In this document: piece by piece, positions 9,138 to 19,561 of the stretch
Layout of the letters: each line of letters begins with the position of its first letter
How positions within the stretch are numbered: position 1 is the stretch's first letter
Assembly (NCBI GenBank): GCA_045632845.1
Contig: JAZQXL010000020.1
Location: 35,386-99,385 of the forward strand
Origin: Alphaproteobacteria bacterium
GTDB lineage: Bacteria > Pseudomonadota > Alphaproteobacteria > CAAHEQ01 > UBA3637
Direction: 5' to 3'
Length of the DNA: 64,000 nucleotides
The notes under the pieces: model-generated
Database searches by the model: none
What the model was told of the DNA's origin: nothing
Seen by the model: the letters and a program-made list of their open reading frames with translations, nothing else
Position numbers and translations under genes: made by a program

Positions 9138-10098
9138 GGGTCATCCTTGATTGAAACAACATTTTTCTTTTTTCAGTCCAAAAACTTTCTGGTGCATTTT
9201 TCAAATCTTCCAAAATAGCTCTTTCTGTTTTATAAAGAGCCATTTTTTGAGCTTTACCCTTTGTTTCTTTAATATATTTGGCATAAAGTCTTTTTAATTT
9301 TAAAGCCTCAAGACTATAAACCAAAACAAATGGTTTTTTGAGCAAATATTCTTGTAAATAAGCTTCATGTTTAACCCCTGCATCATCAACACGAATCAAA
9401 TCATCTTCATACATTTTTTTTAAAAAATTGTACTTTTGCTGCATCAATTTTGGATCAGCATATAACAAAGATGGGAACCTCTCAAAAGAAGTTAGTAAAC
9501 AAGAATTATCCGTCCAAAAAATCTGAGACAATTCATTCACTTTTTTTACAATTGTGTTTGGGTTAGCTGATAAAAGCTCAGGAGCTTTTAATGCCAAACG
9601 AATCCAAATATCTTGAGGAACACCCAATTCTCTTGAACAAGCTTGAATACCACTTTCAATCAAATGTGCACTCTTTTGCAAAATGCTTGGTTTTCGAACA
9701 GCGATACCTTTCCATTCATCCATAGATAAACCTAACACATTCGCCTGTAATTCAATGTTCCTTTTAACCCGCGCAAGAGGAATTGTAAAAATATTCGGTG
9801 TGTTCCAAAAAAGCTTAAAACAGGCACTAGGGTCCATCTCAAAAAAACGACTTACAACCTTTAAATTTCGTTCAATATATTCTGGGGTATATCCAAAAAA
9901 ACGAGGTGTTTTTCTTAACTTTATAATACTTTCTTTTCTTGTTTTTTTGTATGTTGAAAACAAATTTACAAAACCATTAATCCGATCTGTAATTTGTGTT
10001 TGAGCAAAAGGATTTTCAGCGCTGCGTAAATTAATAATCCGCATCGCTTCTTCAGCTGTAAAACCATTTTTTTCAAACTCTTTAATAATTTCTTGCAT
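9121..10098 (-). CDS. Paralog 2 of the PxLL-repeat family; start placed at the ATG overlapping the upstream stop (TAATG), because the track start at 10155 is a TTG
   Basis: Repeats RKTPRFFGYTPEYIERNLKVV / WNTPNIFTIPLARVKRNIELQ / VRKPSILQKSAHLIESGIQ / LKAPELLSANPNTIVKKVNEL / ERFPSLLYADPKLMQQKYNFL. Confidence 0.5.
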   Translation of the reverse strand: MQEIIKEFEKNGFTAEEAMRIINLRSAENPFAQTQITDRINGFVNLFSTYKKTRKESIIKLRKTPRFFGYTPEYIERNLKVVSRFFEMDPSACFKLFWNTPNIFTIPLARVKRNIELQANVLGLSMDEWKGIAVRKPSILQKSAHLIESGIQACSRELGVPQDIWIRLALKAPELLSANPNTIVKKVNELSQIFWTDNSCLLTSFERFPSLLYADPKLMQQKYNFLKKMYEDDLIRVDDAGVKHEAYLQEYLLKKPFVLVYSLEALKLKRLYAKYIKETKGKAQKMALYKTERAILEDLKNAPESFWTEKRKMLFQSRMTHGKSR

Positions 10099-11300
10099 TA
10101 CTTCCCTTTTTGATTTTTTAAATACGCTTGAAAAAGAGCTGGATTTTTCTTCCAAAAATCATCTGGAACATTTTTTAAATCTTCCATAATTTTGCTTGAC
10201 CGTTTCCATATTGGTGCCTTAGATGAAACCCCTTGATTTTCTTTTATCCATAAGCCATAAGCACGCCTTACTTCCAAAGATTGCATGCTGGGAACAAGCA
10301 TTTCTTTTGCATTTTTTAAAATATGATTTTTTAATAAATTTAAATCTTTTTTTGCTTCATTTCCAAGACAAAAAGCATCATCTAAATACATCTGTTTATA
10401 AAAATCATATTTTTGTTTAATCGAGTTAGGCGCACACAAAAATAAAGTAGGCATTTTCAAAAATGAAGTGATAATTGTTTTTGAATCTGTAGAAAATATA
10501 TCTGCAACTTTTGAAACATTAGAATGGATTCTATCAGGCGCTACTTGCAACAACGAGGGAGCAAATAAATACATTTTGCAAATATCTTCTTTTGGCAAAT
10601 TAAAATATTTTGTCCCAGCATCTATTTTTTCAATCAAATTTTGATCTGAATAACTCAACAATGAAGGTGCTTTCAAAAATGATTTTTGAACATCATCTTT
10701 TGACACATCAAAATCTTCTGATATCTTTTGTATGAGATTTAAAACCGTTTCTGGATTTCTGGTTAATATATTTGGAAACTCCTTAAATAATTTTGAAAAA
10801 TCAGTTTCATCTAAATTTAAACCTTTTTTTAAAAGTGTTACGTTTTTCATCACATATTCAGGAGAAAAAGCAAGCAATGTAGGATGCTTCAAACTTTTTT
10901 CTAAAAAAACAGCGGGTTCAACACCAACAATTTCAGCATTTTTAATTAAATTTGAAAAAAGTCCCTCAGGTTTTCTGGTTAACAAATTAGGCTGTTTAAC
11001 AAGAATTGAAACAAGTTTTTCTGGTTCTATTTTCAAAAGTTTTGCATTTTGAAGTAGGTTTTTCCTCAACATTGGTAAAGAGGTTGTTAACAATAAGCGA
11101 GGCTCTTTTACAATCGCTTTTTTTGCCACATTTTTAGAAACTGAAAATTCATCAAAAAACAAAAAAAGATCATCTATCTTCTTTGATATTTCTGTTTTTG
11201 AAAAAGGATTTACCTTTGTCTTCATCCAAAAATCAATAACTTTAGATGCCTCATCCTTTGAAAAACCAGCGTTTAAAAATGTGTCAACAACTTCACTCAT
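10098..11300 (-). CDS. Paralog 3 of the PxLL-repeat family (400 aa); its start overlaps the rlmB stop (ATGA)
   Basis: Repeats VKEPRLLLTTSLPMLRKNLL / VKQPNLLTRKPEGLFSNLIKN / LKHPTLLAFSPEYVMKNVTLL / FKEFPNILTRNPETVLNLIQKI / LKAPSLLSYSDQNLIEKIDAG. Confidence 0.5.
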   Translation of the reverse strand: MSEVVDTFLNAGFSKDEASKVIDFWMKTKVNPFSKTEISKKIDDLFLFFDEFSVSKNVAKKAIVKEPRLLLTTSLPMLRKNLLQNAKLLKIEPEKLVSILVKQPNLLTRKPEGLFSNLIKNAEIVGVEPAVFLEKSLKHPTLLAFSPEYVMKNVTLLKKGLNLDETDFSKLFKEFPNILTRNPETVLNLIQKISEDFDVSKDDVQKSFLKAPSLLSYSDQNLIEKIDAGTKYFNLPKEDICKMYLFAPSLLQVAPDRIHSNVSKVADIFSTDSKTIITSFLKMPTLFLCAPNSIKQKYDFYKQMYLDDAFCLGNEAKKDLNLLKNHILKNAKEMLVPSMQSLEVRRAYGLWIKENQGVSSKAPIWKRSSKIMEDLKNVPDDFWKKNPALFQAYLKNQKGK

Positions 11301-12079
11301 TTATTCATTCCCAAATGGTGTTGTCTGTTCCATTCATACAAAGCAATCGCACAAGCGTTTGAAACATTCAAACTTTCAACCGAAGGATTCATTGGAAGCT
11401 TCACCGTATCATCACAATTTTCACTTGTCAAACGTCTCAATCCATCCCCTTCTGATCCCATAACAACAACACATTTCTTCGGCAATTTGGCTTGATATAT
11501 ACTGTGTTTTGCATACCCATCTAATCCAATACACCAAAATCCACTTTCTTTAAGCTCTTGCATTGCTCTCGTTAAATTTTTAACTTTGACCAATGGAATT
11601 AATTCCAACGCACCACTCGCTGACTTTGCAAGAACACCTGTTTCATCCGGAGCACCATTTTGCGGAACAATAACCCCACATGCATTAAATGCAGCTGCTG
11701 AACGCAAAACGGCCCCAATGTTATGCGGATCGGTCACTTGGTCCAAAATCACAACCAATGCATGTTCTTTATCTTCCACCTCATTCATCAAATCAATCAC
11801 ATCATATTGTGGCAATGGCTGACATCTAGCAACAATACCTTGGTGGACAGCTTCTTTCCCCACAAGGGAATCCAATTGTTCTTTTGAAACTATTTTGAAT
11901 GACACATTTTTAGGAATTTGAATTTTATCCAAAGAACCAGAAAGAACAAGAACTTCACGCACCACCCTTCTTTTATTTGCCAATGCTAAAGAAACTGGAT
12001 GTTTTCCATATAAATAAATATCTTTTTGAGGAGCAGAATTCCCTCTTGAAAATTCTTTTGAGTGTTGTCTTTTTTTCAT
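11297..12079 (-). CDS. rlmB: TrmH/SpoU-family 23S rRNA 2'-O-methyltransferase (RlmB-like)
   Basis: N-terminal substrate-binding region YLYGKHPVSLALANKRRVV plus a SpoU methylase core (ILDQVTDPHNIGAVLRSAAAF, VMGSEGDGL). Confidence 0.7.
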   Translation of the reverse strand: MKKRQHSKEFSRGNSAPQKDIYLYGKHPVSLALANKRRVVREVLVLSGSLDKIQIPKNVSFKIVSKEQLDSLVGKEAVHQGIVARCQPLPQYDVIDLMNEVEDKEHALVVILDQVTDPHNIGAVLRSAAAFNACGVIVPQNGAPDETGVLAKSASGALELIPLVKVKNLTRAMQELKESGFWCIGLDGYAKHSIYQAKLPKKCVVVMGSEGDGLRRLTSENCDDTVKLPMNPSVESLNVSNACAIALYEWNRQHHLGMNK

Positions 12080-12160
12080 ATCAAATCCCTTAAAAATAAA
12101 AACTGTTTCAGATTATACCATTTTTTGAGTATTTTAGCAATTAAAAAACCACGCATAAAA

Positions 12161-12196
12161 AAACACCACCTCTTTTTCAGAAAGTGGTGTTTTTTA
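12161..12196 (-). terminator. Intrinsic terminator after ileS (AACACCAC...GTGGTGTT plus T-run)
   Basis: hairpin with T-run on the minus strand. Confidence 0.45.
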
Positions 12197-12206
12197 TTGT
12201 TTTTAA

Positions 12207-15200
12207 TTAATTTTTACTAACATCAAATGAAATGGAGGAATCACCCAATTCTTCGACTTTAAACAAGTTTTCTGTTACAGGTTTAATTTCAACAGCAAGA
12301 ACTTGATCTTTGATGTAATTTTCATGTTCACCAATGGCTTCTTTAACCAAAGATGAGATTGTGTTATATGAAAGAGTAATTCTATCAGAAACATCAAAAC
12401 TCTTTTCTTTTCTCAAAGATTGAATCATACGAACAAAGTCACGAGCAATACCTTCTTTTTCAAGTTCTGGTACAATTTCAACATCTAATTGAACAACAAC
12501 TGTATTGTCTGGAAGAGCTTGTCCTTGTAATCCTTCTTTCAACACAAGACGTAACTCAAATTCTTCAGCTGTCAATGTTTGACCTGCAATTGAGAGTGTA
12601 CCATCTTCATTTTTATGCCAATTTGCGCCTTTTGATTCTGCCATAATATCTTTCATAAAACGACCCAAGCGTTTTCCAATTAATGGCGTTTTTAAATAAA
12701 GGAATGTATTTGCAACTTCTTTAATATCTGTTTTAAAGATAATTTCTTTAACATTCACTTCTTCTTTCAAAACTTCAGCAAATTCATAAAGTTTTTCAAC
12801 ACTTGCCCCTGCCAATGTCATTGAACGCAATGGCAAACGGTTACGTAATCTGTGTTCTTCACGAATAGCTTTTGCTGTTGAAGAAATGGCACGAACCATA
12901 TCCATTTTTTCCATCAACTCTGTATCAAGTGTCAAAGCACTCACATCAGGATATGTTCTCAAATGAACAGATTCTTTACCCGCCAAACTACGATAGACAT
13001 ATTCACTCATCATTGGCATCAACGGAGCCATAACTTTAGCAACAGTGATTAAAACAGTGTAAAGCACATTAAAGGCATCCAAATCTGTACCGTCCCAGAA
13101 ACGTGTACGAGAACGGCGGATGTACCAGTTGTTTAAAATATCTAAAAATTCTGAACAAAGTGCACAAGCTTGATTGATGTCGTAAGCTTGCATTGATGTT
13201 TTAACATCCTCAGTCAAAACTTTTAATTTAGATAAAATGTACTTATCCAAAACATCTGTTGATCCAACTGTTTTTGTTGCTTTAATACCTTCAGCATTTG
13301 CATAGAGGCAGAAGAAATAGAAAGCATTCCATAAAGGCATTAATGCTTTACGAGCAGCTTTTGAAACTTCTTTACCCTCTTGGTCAATCATAACGTTACC
13401 ACCCTTAATAACAGGGGATGAAATCAAGAACCAACGAAGCGCATCAGAACCCATTGAATCAAGAACAATGTATGGATCTGGGTAGTTTTTCAACTTTTTA
13501 GAAAGTTTAACACCACCTTCCGCCATAATAAGTCCTGTACATAAACAGTTTTTAAACGCTGGTTTATGATGAAGTGCTGTACCTAAAACATGCAATGTAT
13601 AGAACCATCCACGTGTCTGATCAATTGCTTCAACAATAAAATCAGCTGGGAAATGATTTTCAAACCATGTTTTGTTTTCAAATGGATAATGGATTTGACC
13701 TTCAGGCATTGAACCAGATTCAAACCAACAATCGAAAACATCTGTTACACGGCGCATCATTGTTTTGCCAGATGGATCATCTGGGTTTTTGTAAACAACA
13801 TCATCAATGATTGGACGGTGCAAATCAGAAACTTCAATACCTGTTTTTTCTTTAATTTCAGCAATTGAACCAAATACATCAATGCGTGGAAATTCTGGAT
13901 TATCAGATTTCCAAACAGGAATTGGGGTTCCCCAAAAACGATTTCGTGAGATTGACCAATCTCTTGCACCTTCAAGCCACTTACCAAAACGACCATGTTT
14001 TAAGTGATCAGGAGTCCAAGTAATTTGTTCATTCAAAGCAACCATTTCATCTCTAAAGTCAGAAACTTTCACAAACCACCCACTCATTGCTTTATAAATA
14101 AGTGGTGTATCAGTCCGCCAGCAGTAGGGATAACTGTGTGTGATTTGTTCTTTCTTAACCAAAAGACGATTTTCTTTTAACCAAGCCATAATAGCTTCAT
14201 TTGTGTCAAAAACTTGTTGTCCTTGATAATCCGGAACTTCAGCTGTAAAACAACCAGCTTCATCCACAGGACATACAACAGGGAATTCTGGGTTTAATGA
14301 ACGGCAAACATCAAAGTCATCTTGCCCAAAACCAGGAGCAATATGAACAATACCTGTACCATCTTCCACAGACACAAATTCACCAGATAAAACCTTAAAA
14401 CATCCAGCTTCTTTTAATGATTTAAAATATGGGAACATTGGTTCATAAGAAAGACCGACCAACTCTGAACCTTTGATTGTTCCAACTTGTTCTGCGTGCT
14501 GCAACTGTTGTTTATATCTTGGCAACAAAGCTGCTGCTAAAATATATTTTTCATCCCCTTCTTGCATAATTGCATAATCAATATCTGCTCCAACTGCCAG
14601 CATTAGGTTTGAAGGAAGCGTCCAAGGGGTTGTTGTCCACACAAGAACATTCATACCGTTTTCCAATTTAAACAAAACAGTAATAGCTGTATCTGTTTTA
14701 TCTTTATAACCCAAATTTACTTCAAAGTTTGAAACAGGTGTTTGGGCGCACCAAGAATAAGGTTGAACACGATAATCTTCATAAACCAACCCTTTATCAT
14801 ACAACTGTTTAAAGTTGTGGATAATTGATTCCATAAATGGCAAATCCATTGTTTTATAATCATTATCAAAATCAACCCAACGACCAATACGTTTGAACAT
14901 ATCAGTCCAAATTGTTGAATATTTCAAAACATTTGTACGGCAAAAATCATTGAATTTTTGAATACCAAACTCTTCAATTGCTTTATGCCCAGAAACATTC
15001 AATTCTTTTTCAGCCGCCATTTCAGCTGGAAGACCGTGACAGTCCCAACCTAAACGACGTTCAACACGTTTTCCATTCATTGTTTGAAAGCGTGCAATTG
15101 TATCTTTAACGTAAGAAATCATAATATGTCCATAGTGAGGCAACCCGTTTGCAAATGGAGGGCCATCATAGAATACAAATTCTTCAGCTTCTTTTCTAAT

Positions 15201-15314
15201 TTCAATCGATTTTTGAAATATCTTTTGCTCTTCCCAATAAGCAATCATTTCTTTTTCCATTTCAGGAAAACTGATTTTAGAATTTAACTGTGGATAATAT
15301 TTTTGTTGAGACAT
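12207..15314 (-). CDS. ileS: Isoleucyl-tRNA synthetase, type 2 (eukaryote-like bacterial form), 1035 aa
   Basis: PPFANGLPHYGH (HIGH-class motif of IleRS type 2), KMSKS-like KLSKKLKNY, length ~1035 aa. Confidence 0.85.
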   Translation of the reverse strand: MSQQKYYPQLNSKISFPEMEKEMIAYWEEQKIFQKSIEIRKEAEEFVFYDGPPFANGLPHYGHIMISYVKDTIARFQTMNGKRVERRLGWDCHGLPAEMAAEKELNVSGHKAIEEFGIQKFNDFCRTNVLKYSTIWTDMFKRIGRWVDFDNDYKTMDLPFMESIIHNFKQLYDKGLVYEDYRVQPYSWCAQTPVSNFEVNLGYKDKTDTAITVLFKLENGMNVLVWTTTPWTLPSNLMLAVGADIDYAIMQEGDEKYILAAALLPRYKQQLQHAEQVGTIKGSELVGLSYEPMFPYFKSLKEAGCFKVLSGEFVSVEDGTGIVHIAPGFGQDDFDVCRSLNPEFPVVCPVDEAGCFTAEVPDYQGQQVFDTNEAIMAWLKENRLLVKKEQITHSYPYCWRTDTPLIYKAMSGWFVKVSDFRDEMVALNEQITWTPDHLKHGRFGKWLEGARDWSISRNRFWGTPIPVWKSDNPEFPRIDVFGSIAEIKEKTGIEVSDLHRPIIDDVVYKNPDDPSGKTMMRRVTDVFDCWFESGSMPEGQIHYPFENKTWFENHFPADFIVEAIDQTRGWFYTLHVLGTALHHKPAFKNCLCTGLIMAEGGVKLSKKLKNYPDPYIVLDSMGSDALRWFLISSPVIKGGNVMIDQEGKEVSKAARKALMPLWNAFYFFCLYANAEGIKATKTVGSTDVLDKYILSKLKVLTEDVKTSMQAYDINQACALCSEFLDILNNWYIRRSRTRFWDGTDLDAFNVLYTVLITVAKVMAPLMPMMSEYVYRSLAGKESVHLRTYPDVSALTLDTELMEKMDMVRAISSTAKAIREEHRLRNRLPLRSMTLAGASVEKLYEFAEVLKEEVNVKEIIFKTDIKEVANTFLYLKTPLIGKRLGRFMKDIMAESKGANWHKNEDGTLSIAGQTLTAEEFELRLVLKEGLQGQALPDNTVVVQLDVEIVPELEKEGIARDFVRMIQSLRKEKSFDVSDRITLSYNTISSLVKEAIGEHENYIKDQVLAVEIKPVTENLFKVEELGDSSISFDVSKN

Positions 15315-15427
15315 ATTTTTTTCCTTACCTTACGCAAAAAATTATTTTCAAAACTTTATAGAGCCAGATTATGCCAAAAAAATGCCTAAAAATCAAGCAA
15401 AAATATCAAAATTTTCTATTTATTAGA

Positions 15428-15970
15428 TTAATTAGCAGACAAAAACCTCATTGAAAGAGCTTCTTCATTTTGAAAAATTTCAACTTTCAAATTGTTTTTT
15501 TGCATCCAATCCTTCAACCACAAAGCAACCGCATATTGTGGTTTTTCAAACCCTTCATCACCAAGCAAAATTTGCTTTTTTTTATCTTCTAAAAATAATC
15601 CTTTTCCTGTACAAACAAAACCATTTTCAGTTAACTCAATACTTCCGCCCCGAATTAAAATTTCAGAAGACATTAACACAAAAATCAAATGTTCTTTTTT
15701 CTGAACTTGTCCTACCAAGGAAATCGGCATTGGTAATGTGTCTAAATATTTTAATGCAATATCTAATGTAATTGAAGAATCAACACCCAAAAGAGCACGA
15801 TACAACCTTAATCTTGCAACCAAAACACCTGTGGACTGTTTTAATAAATCAACGCCTTCTTCAACAAAAGAGGCGTCCATTTTTAATAACTCAGTTGTGT
15901 TATCTAAAACCCCAATACTACCTGCCAAATCATGGCACATTTTTGTAACAAAAACCTCACTTAAATTCAT
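15428..15970 (-). CDS. chpT: ChpT-like histidine phosphotransferase (CtrA phosphorelay)
   Basis: MCHDLAGSIGVLDNTTELL...VLVARLRLYRALLG and IRGGSIELT follow the ChpT pattern (CHD..SP.GA..NG.ELL ... R.AFG ... RGGS). Confidence 0.55.
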   Translation of the reverse strand: MNLSEVFVTKMCHDLAGSIGVLDNTTELLKMDASFVEEGVDLLKQSTGVLVARLRLYRALLGVDSSITLDIALKYLDTLPMPISLVGQVQKKEHLIFVLMSSEILIRGGSIELTENGFVCTGKGLFLEDKKKQILLGDEGFEKPQYAVALWLKDWMQKNNLKVEIFQNEEALSMRFLSAN

Positions 15971-16853
15971 GCTTCACCTCTTTTTCATCCAAAAGCATTT
16001 TGGCAATTTGCGAACCAATTTCTGTTGCAGAAGAAATCACTTTAATCCCTGCCTTTTCCAATGCTTTTTCTTTCAATTGCAAAGCATTTTCTTCAACTCT
16101 AACACCAAGAACAGGTGTTTTTTCTTCACGCACAACATGGCGCCCAGGAATATAAATGGCGATTTTTTTGCGGCTCTTTTTTTTCTTTAAAAAATCAATT
16201 AATTCATATTCAAATTCACCACTTGCTTTCCCAATCAACAAGATAATATTTGTTTTTGCATCTTTTAAAAAAGCTTCAACAAATGGGATAAAAGAAGAGC
16301 CAATAATTGCAGCTGAACCAATCGCAGCACAAGAAGAAACACCCAAATCAAATTTAGATAATTGTTGAACAGCCTCATATGTCAAAGAACTTGATCTTGA
16401 AACAATGCCAACACTTCCTTTTGGAAACAAATGTGCTGGAACCGTGCCCGCCAAACATTCATCAGCTGTCACAACCCCAGGCGCAGATGGACCAACCAGT
16501 TGAACTTTATATTTAACAGCCAACTGCTTCATCTTTAAAACATCTTGATATGGCACATGATTAACAGGGCAAATAATAACAGGAATATGAGATTTAGCCG
16601 CCTCTTCAAAATCTTGCAACACCCGTTGTGGACTTGAAAAAATAACACTAATTTGTGGTTTTGTCTTTCGAACAGCATCTTTAACAGTTTGAAATACAGG
16701 AATATTTTGAAATGTTGTAACAGATTTATCTTTACTAACCCCCGCAACAATATTTGTGCCGTATAAAAGAGCTTTTTCAACATGCATTGCAGCTGAAGAA
16801 GAGGTAATTCCTTGATACAAAACAGGTGTATTTTTGTTTGGAAATTTAAACAT
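15957..16853 (-). CDS. sucD: Succinyl-CoA synthetase alpha subunit
   Basis: NKNTPVLYQGITSSSAA..., SRSSSLTYEAV, CAAIGSAAIIGS consistent with SucD; 1-nt overlap with sucC. Confidence 0.8.
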   Translation of the reverse strand: MFKFPNKNTPVLYQGITSSSAAMHVEKALLYGTNIVAGVSKDKSVTTFQNIPVFQTVKDAVRKTKPQISVIFSSPQRVLQDFEEAAKSHIPVIICPVNHVPYQDVLKMKQLAVKYKVQLVGPSAPGVVTADECLAGTVPAHLFPKGSVGIVSRSSSLTYEAVQQLSKFDLGVSSCAAIGSAAIIGSSFIPFVEAFLKDAKTNIILLIGKASGEFEYELIDFLKKKKSRKKIAIYIPGRHVVREEKTPVLGVRVEENALQLKEKALEKAGIKVISSATEIGSQIAKMLLDEKEVKHEFK

Positions 16854-17989
16854 TACAACAACTCCTCCACTTGACGAATAACCATATCTGCAGCTTCATC
16901 TAAATCTTTCATCACAACAAGCGGTAAATGTGAATCAAATAACAAACGAGAACCAACTTGCGCATTTGTTCCATCCATTCGAACAATTAAAGGCATTCCA
17001 ACCGATATTTCTTGCGAAGCAGAAATCAAACCATCTGCAATGACATCGCATCTTGTAATGCCGCCAAAAATGTTCACAAAAACACCTTCAACATTTGGCT
17101 CACTCAACGCCAATTTTAAAGCTTGAAAAACAGATTCTTTTGTTGGTTCTGTCCCCACATCTAATAAACAAGCAGGCTTTCCACCCTTTTGGGCCAACAA
17201 ATCAATTGTTGCCGCACCCAAGCCAGAACCATTAACCAAACAAGCAATATTCCCGTCAAAAGAAACGTATCTAAAATTATGAATTCTTGCACGTTCTTGC
17301 CGTTCCAAACCCAAAGGAATTTCACGCATTTTTGCAATTTCAGGAAAACGGAACATTGCTTCATCATCAAAAATAATCCGACAATCTAAAACAACCCATT
17401 TACCTTTTTGATTCAAAACCAAAGGATCAAACTCAATTGCCAAAACATTATATTTCACAAAAAAAGCATACATTTGTTTTAAAATCGGCAACATCAATGC
17501 TTCTTGCACATTTTTAAAATGAAACATTTTTAAAATACGGCACCAAAACAAAACGCTCGGTTTTCCAACAGGCAATTCACACTCTGACGTTTTTTTCTTT
17601 GACTTAATGCACACAAGCATTTTTTGAGTTTGTGTATCCACACGCATGGAGAGAGAAACTTTTTCTTCAATTTGACACAACTCTTCAACATAAATACGTT
17701 GTACAGGATAATACATTCCCCTACCCGTCAACACCTTGCTGTTGAACAAAGTTGTTGCCAACGTTTCAACTTCTTCAAGTGAATGCGCATCTAAAGAACC
17801 TTGAATATTTGGAATATATTCCACAATTTTTTCAGCGAGCGGCAACTGAACGTGCAAGCGCCAACTTTTACAAGACATTCCTTTTGCAATTTCAACCGCT
17901 TCTTCAACGGTATAAGCAACATTTCCTTTTAATACAGGAATTTTGTTTTCACGCAATAATCGTTTATTTTGATATTCGCAAAGTTCCAT
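16853..17989 (-). CDS. sucC: Succinyl-CoA synthetase beta subunit (divergent N-terminus)
   Basis: FDGNIACLVNGSGLGAATIDLL...LDVGTEPTKESV...VNIFGGITRCDVIADG match SucC ligase-CoA domain motifs. Confidence 0.8.
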   Translation of the reverse strand: MELCEYQNKRLLRENKIPVLKGNVAYTVEEAVEIAKGMSCKSWRLHVQLPLAEKIVEYIPNIQGSLDAHSLEEVETLATTLFNSKVLTGRGMYYPVQRIYVEELCQIEEKVSLSMRVDTQTQKMLVCIKSKKKTSECELPVGKPSVLFWCRILKMFHFKNVQEALMLPILKQMYAFFVKYNVLAIEFDPLVLNQKGKWVVLDCRIIFDDEAMFRFPEIAKMREIPLGLERQERARIHNFRYVSFDGNIACLVNGSGLGAATIDLLAQKGGKPACLLDVGTEPTKESVFQALKLALSEPNVEGVFVNIFGGITRCDVIADGLISASQEISVGMPLIVRMDGTNAQVGSRLLFDSHLPLVVMKDLDEAADMVIRQVEELL

Positions 17990-18062
17990 GTCTCATCCTT
18001 ACTTTTTGTTTTCGTATGCCCATTTTCTCACAAACCATCTTTAAAGTCCAGATATTTTTTTA

Positions 18063-18091
18063 TTGACAAATGGAAGTTTTTTATATATTAT
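18063..18091 (+). promoter_or_regulatory. Candidate sigma70 promoter for rho (TTGACA, 17 nt, TATTAT), with an ~80-nt leader
   Basis: perfect -35 and spacing read from the sequence. Confidence 0.35.
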
Positions 18092-18177
18092 AAAAGTAGT
18101 TTCATTGGCATTTACTTATCACGCCAATTCTATATTATCTTAAATTTTTATTTCCCATTTTTATATATAAGGTTCGC

Positions 18178-19443
18178 ATGCAACTCAATGATTTAAAGAA
18201 AAAGACTCCTGCCGAGCTATTGGTTTATGCAGAAGAATTAGAGGTTGATAACGCTACTTCACTTAGAACACAAGATTTAATGTACGCTATTTTAAAAAAA
18301 TTGTCTGAATCAGAGGCAACACTTTTTGGCGAAGGTGTGTTAGAGGTGATGCAAGATGGTTTTGGCTTTTTACGTTCAGCTGAAGCAAACTATTTGGCTG
18401 GCCCTGATGATATTTACGTTGCACCAAGCCACATCAAAAAATGGGGTTTAAGAACAGGCGATACCATCAAAGGTGAAATCACAGCACCTAAAAATGGGGA
18501 AAAATACTTTTCACTCACAAAAATCAACACTGTAAACTATGAAGATCCTGAAGATTTGCGTTATCGTGTTAACTTTGACGATTTAACACCTTTATATCCA
18601 AACCAACCCATTGTGATGGAATATGAAGACACAAAACCTGAAAAGAACAAAGATTTAACACCAAGAATTATTGATCTTGTTTGCCCTCAAGGGAAAGGTC
18701 AACGATGCTTAATTGTTGCCCCTCCTCGCACGGGTAAAACAGTTATGCTCAAAAACATTGCACATTCAATTGAAAAAAATCATCCAGAAGCACATCTCAT
18801 CGTCTTGTTAATTGATGAAAGACCTGAAGAAGTGACAGATATGATCAGATCCATTAAAGGCGAAGTAATTAGTTCCACATTTGATGAACCAGCTGTTCGC
18901 CACGTTCAAGTCGCAGAAATGGTGATTGAAAAAGCAAAACGCCTTGTTGAACATAAAAAAGACGTGATTATTTTATTAGATTCTATCACACGTTTATCAC
19001 GTGCATATAATACCGTTATCCCAAGCTCTGGCAAAGTTTTAACTGGTGGTGTGGATGCAAACGCACTTCAAAAACCAAAACGTTTCTTTGGTGCTGCCAG
19101 AAACGTTGAAGAAGGTGGATCATTAACCATCTTTGGCACGGCTTTGATTGAAACTGGCTCTAGAATGGATGAAGTTATTTTTGAAGAATTTAAAGGAACT
19201 GGTAACTCTGAAATTATCCTTGATAGAAAAGTTTCTGACAAACGCATTTTCCCAGCCATTGACATCATCAAATCTGGCACAAGAAATGAAGACTTATTGG
19301 TTGATAAAAATAAACTTCCAAAAGTTTGGATTTTACGTCGCATTTTAATGCCAATGGGCGTAACAGATTCTATGGAATTCTTGATGGAAAAATTACGTCA
19401 AACCAAAAACAATGCAGAGTTTTTCGAAAGCATGAATCAATAA
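18178..19443 (+). CDS. rho: Transcription termination factor Rho
   Basis: [29 protein letters not shown] (Walker A), cold-shock-like N-terminal RNA-binding domain, 421 aa. Confidence 0.9.
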   Translation: MQLNDLKKKTPAELLVYAEELEVDNATSLRTQDLMYAILKKLSESEATLFGEGVLEVMQDGFGFLRSAEANYLAGPDDIYVAPSHIKKWGLRTGDTIKGEITAPKNGEKYFSLTKINTVNYEDPEDLRYRVNFDDLTPLYPNQPIVMEYEDTKPEKNKDLTPRIIDLVCPQGKGQRCLIVAPPRTGKTVMLKNIAHSIEKNHPEAHLIVLLIDERPEEVTDMIRSIKGEVISSTFDEPAVRHVQVAEMVIEKAKRLVEHKKDVIILLDSITRLSRAYNTVIPSSGKVLTGGVDANALQKPKRFFGAARNVEEGGSLTIFGTALIETGSRMDEVIFEEFKGTGNSEIILDRKVSDKRIFPAIDIIKSGTRNEDLLVDKNKLPKVWILRRILMPMGVTDSMEFLMEKLRQTKNNAEFFESMNQ

Positions 19444-19484
19444 AACTTGATTTTTATACCAAAATATCGTATAAAAACAAGCAT

Positions 19485-19561
19485 GCACTTGTAGCTCAGC
19501 TGGATAGAGTATTGCCCTCCGAAGGCAAGGGTCGTGAGTTCGAATCTCGCCAAGTGCGCCA
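19485..19561 (+). tRNA. tRNA-Arg (anticodon CCG), CCA encoded
   Basis: Acceptor GCACTTG/CAAGTGC, anticodon arm TTGCC-CTCCGAA-GGCAA, T-arm GTGAG-TTCGAAT-CTCGC, discriminator G then CCA. Confidence 0.8.

Noticed and set aside
10099-10155. Track start of paralog 2 at 10155
   Set aside because: The codon is TTG. An ATG 57 nt downstream overlaps the upstream gene's stop (TAATG), giving the same coupling pattern as the neighbouring genes
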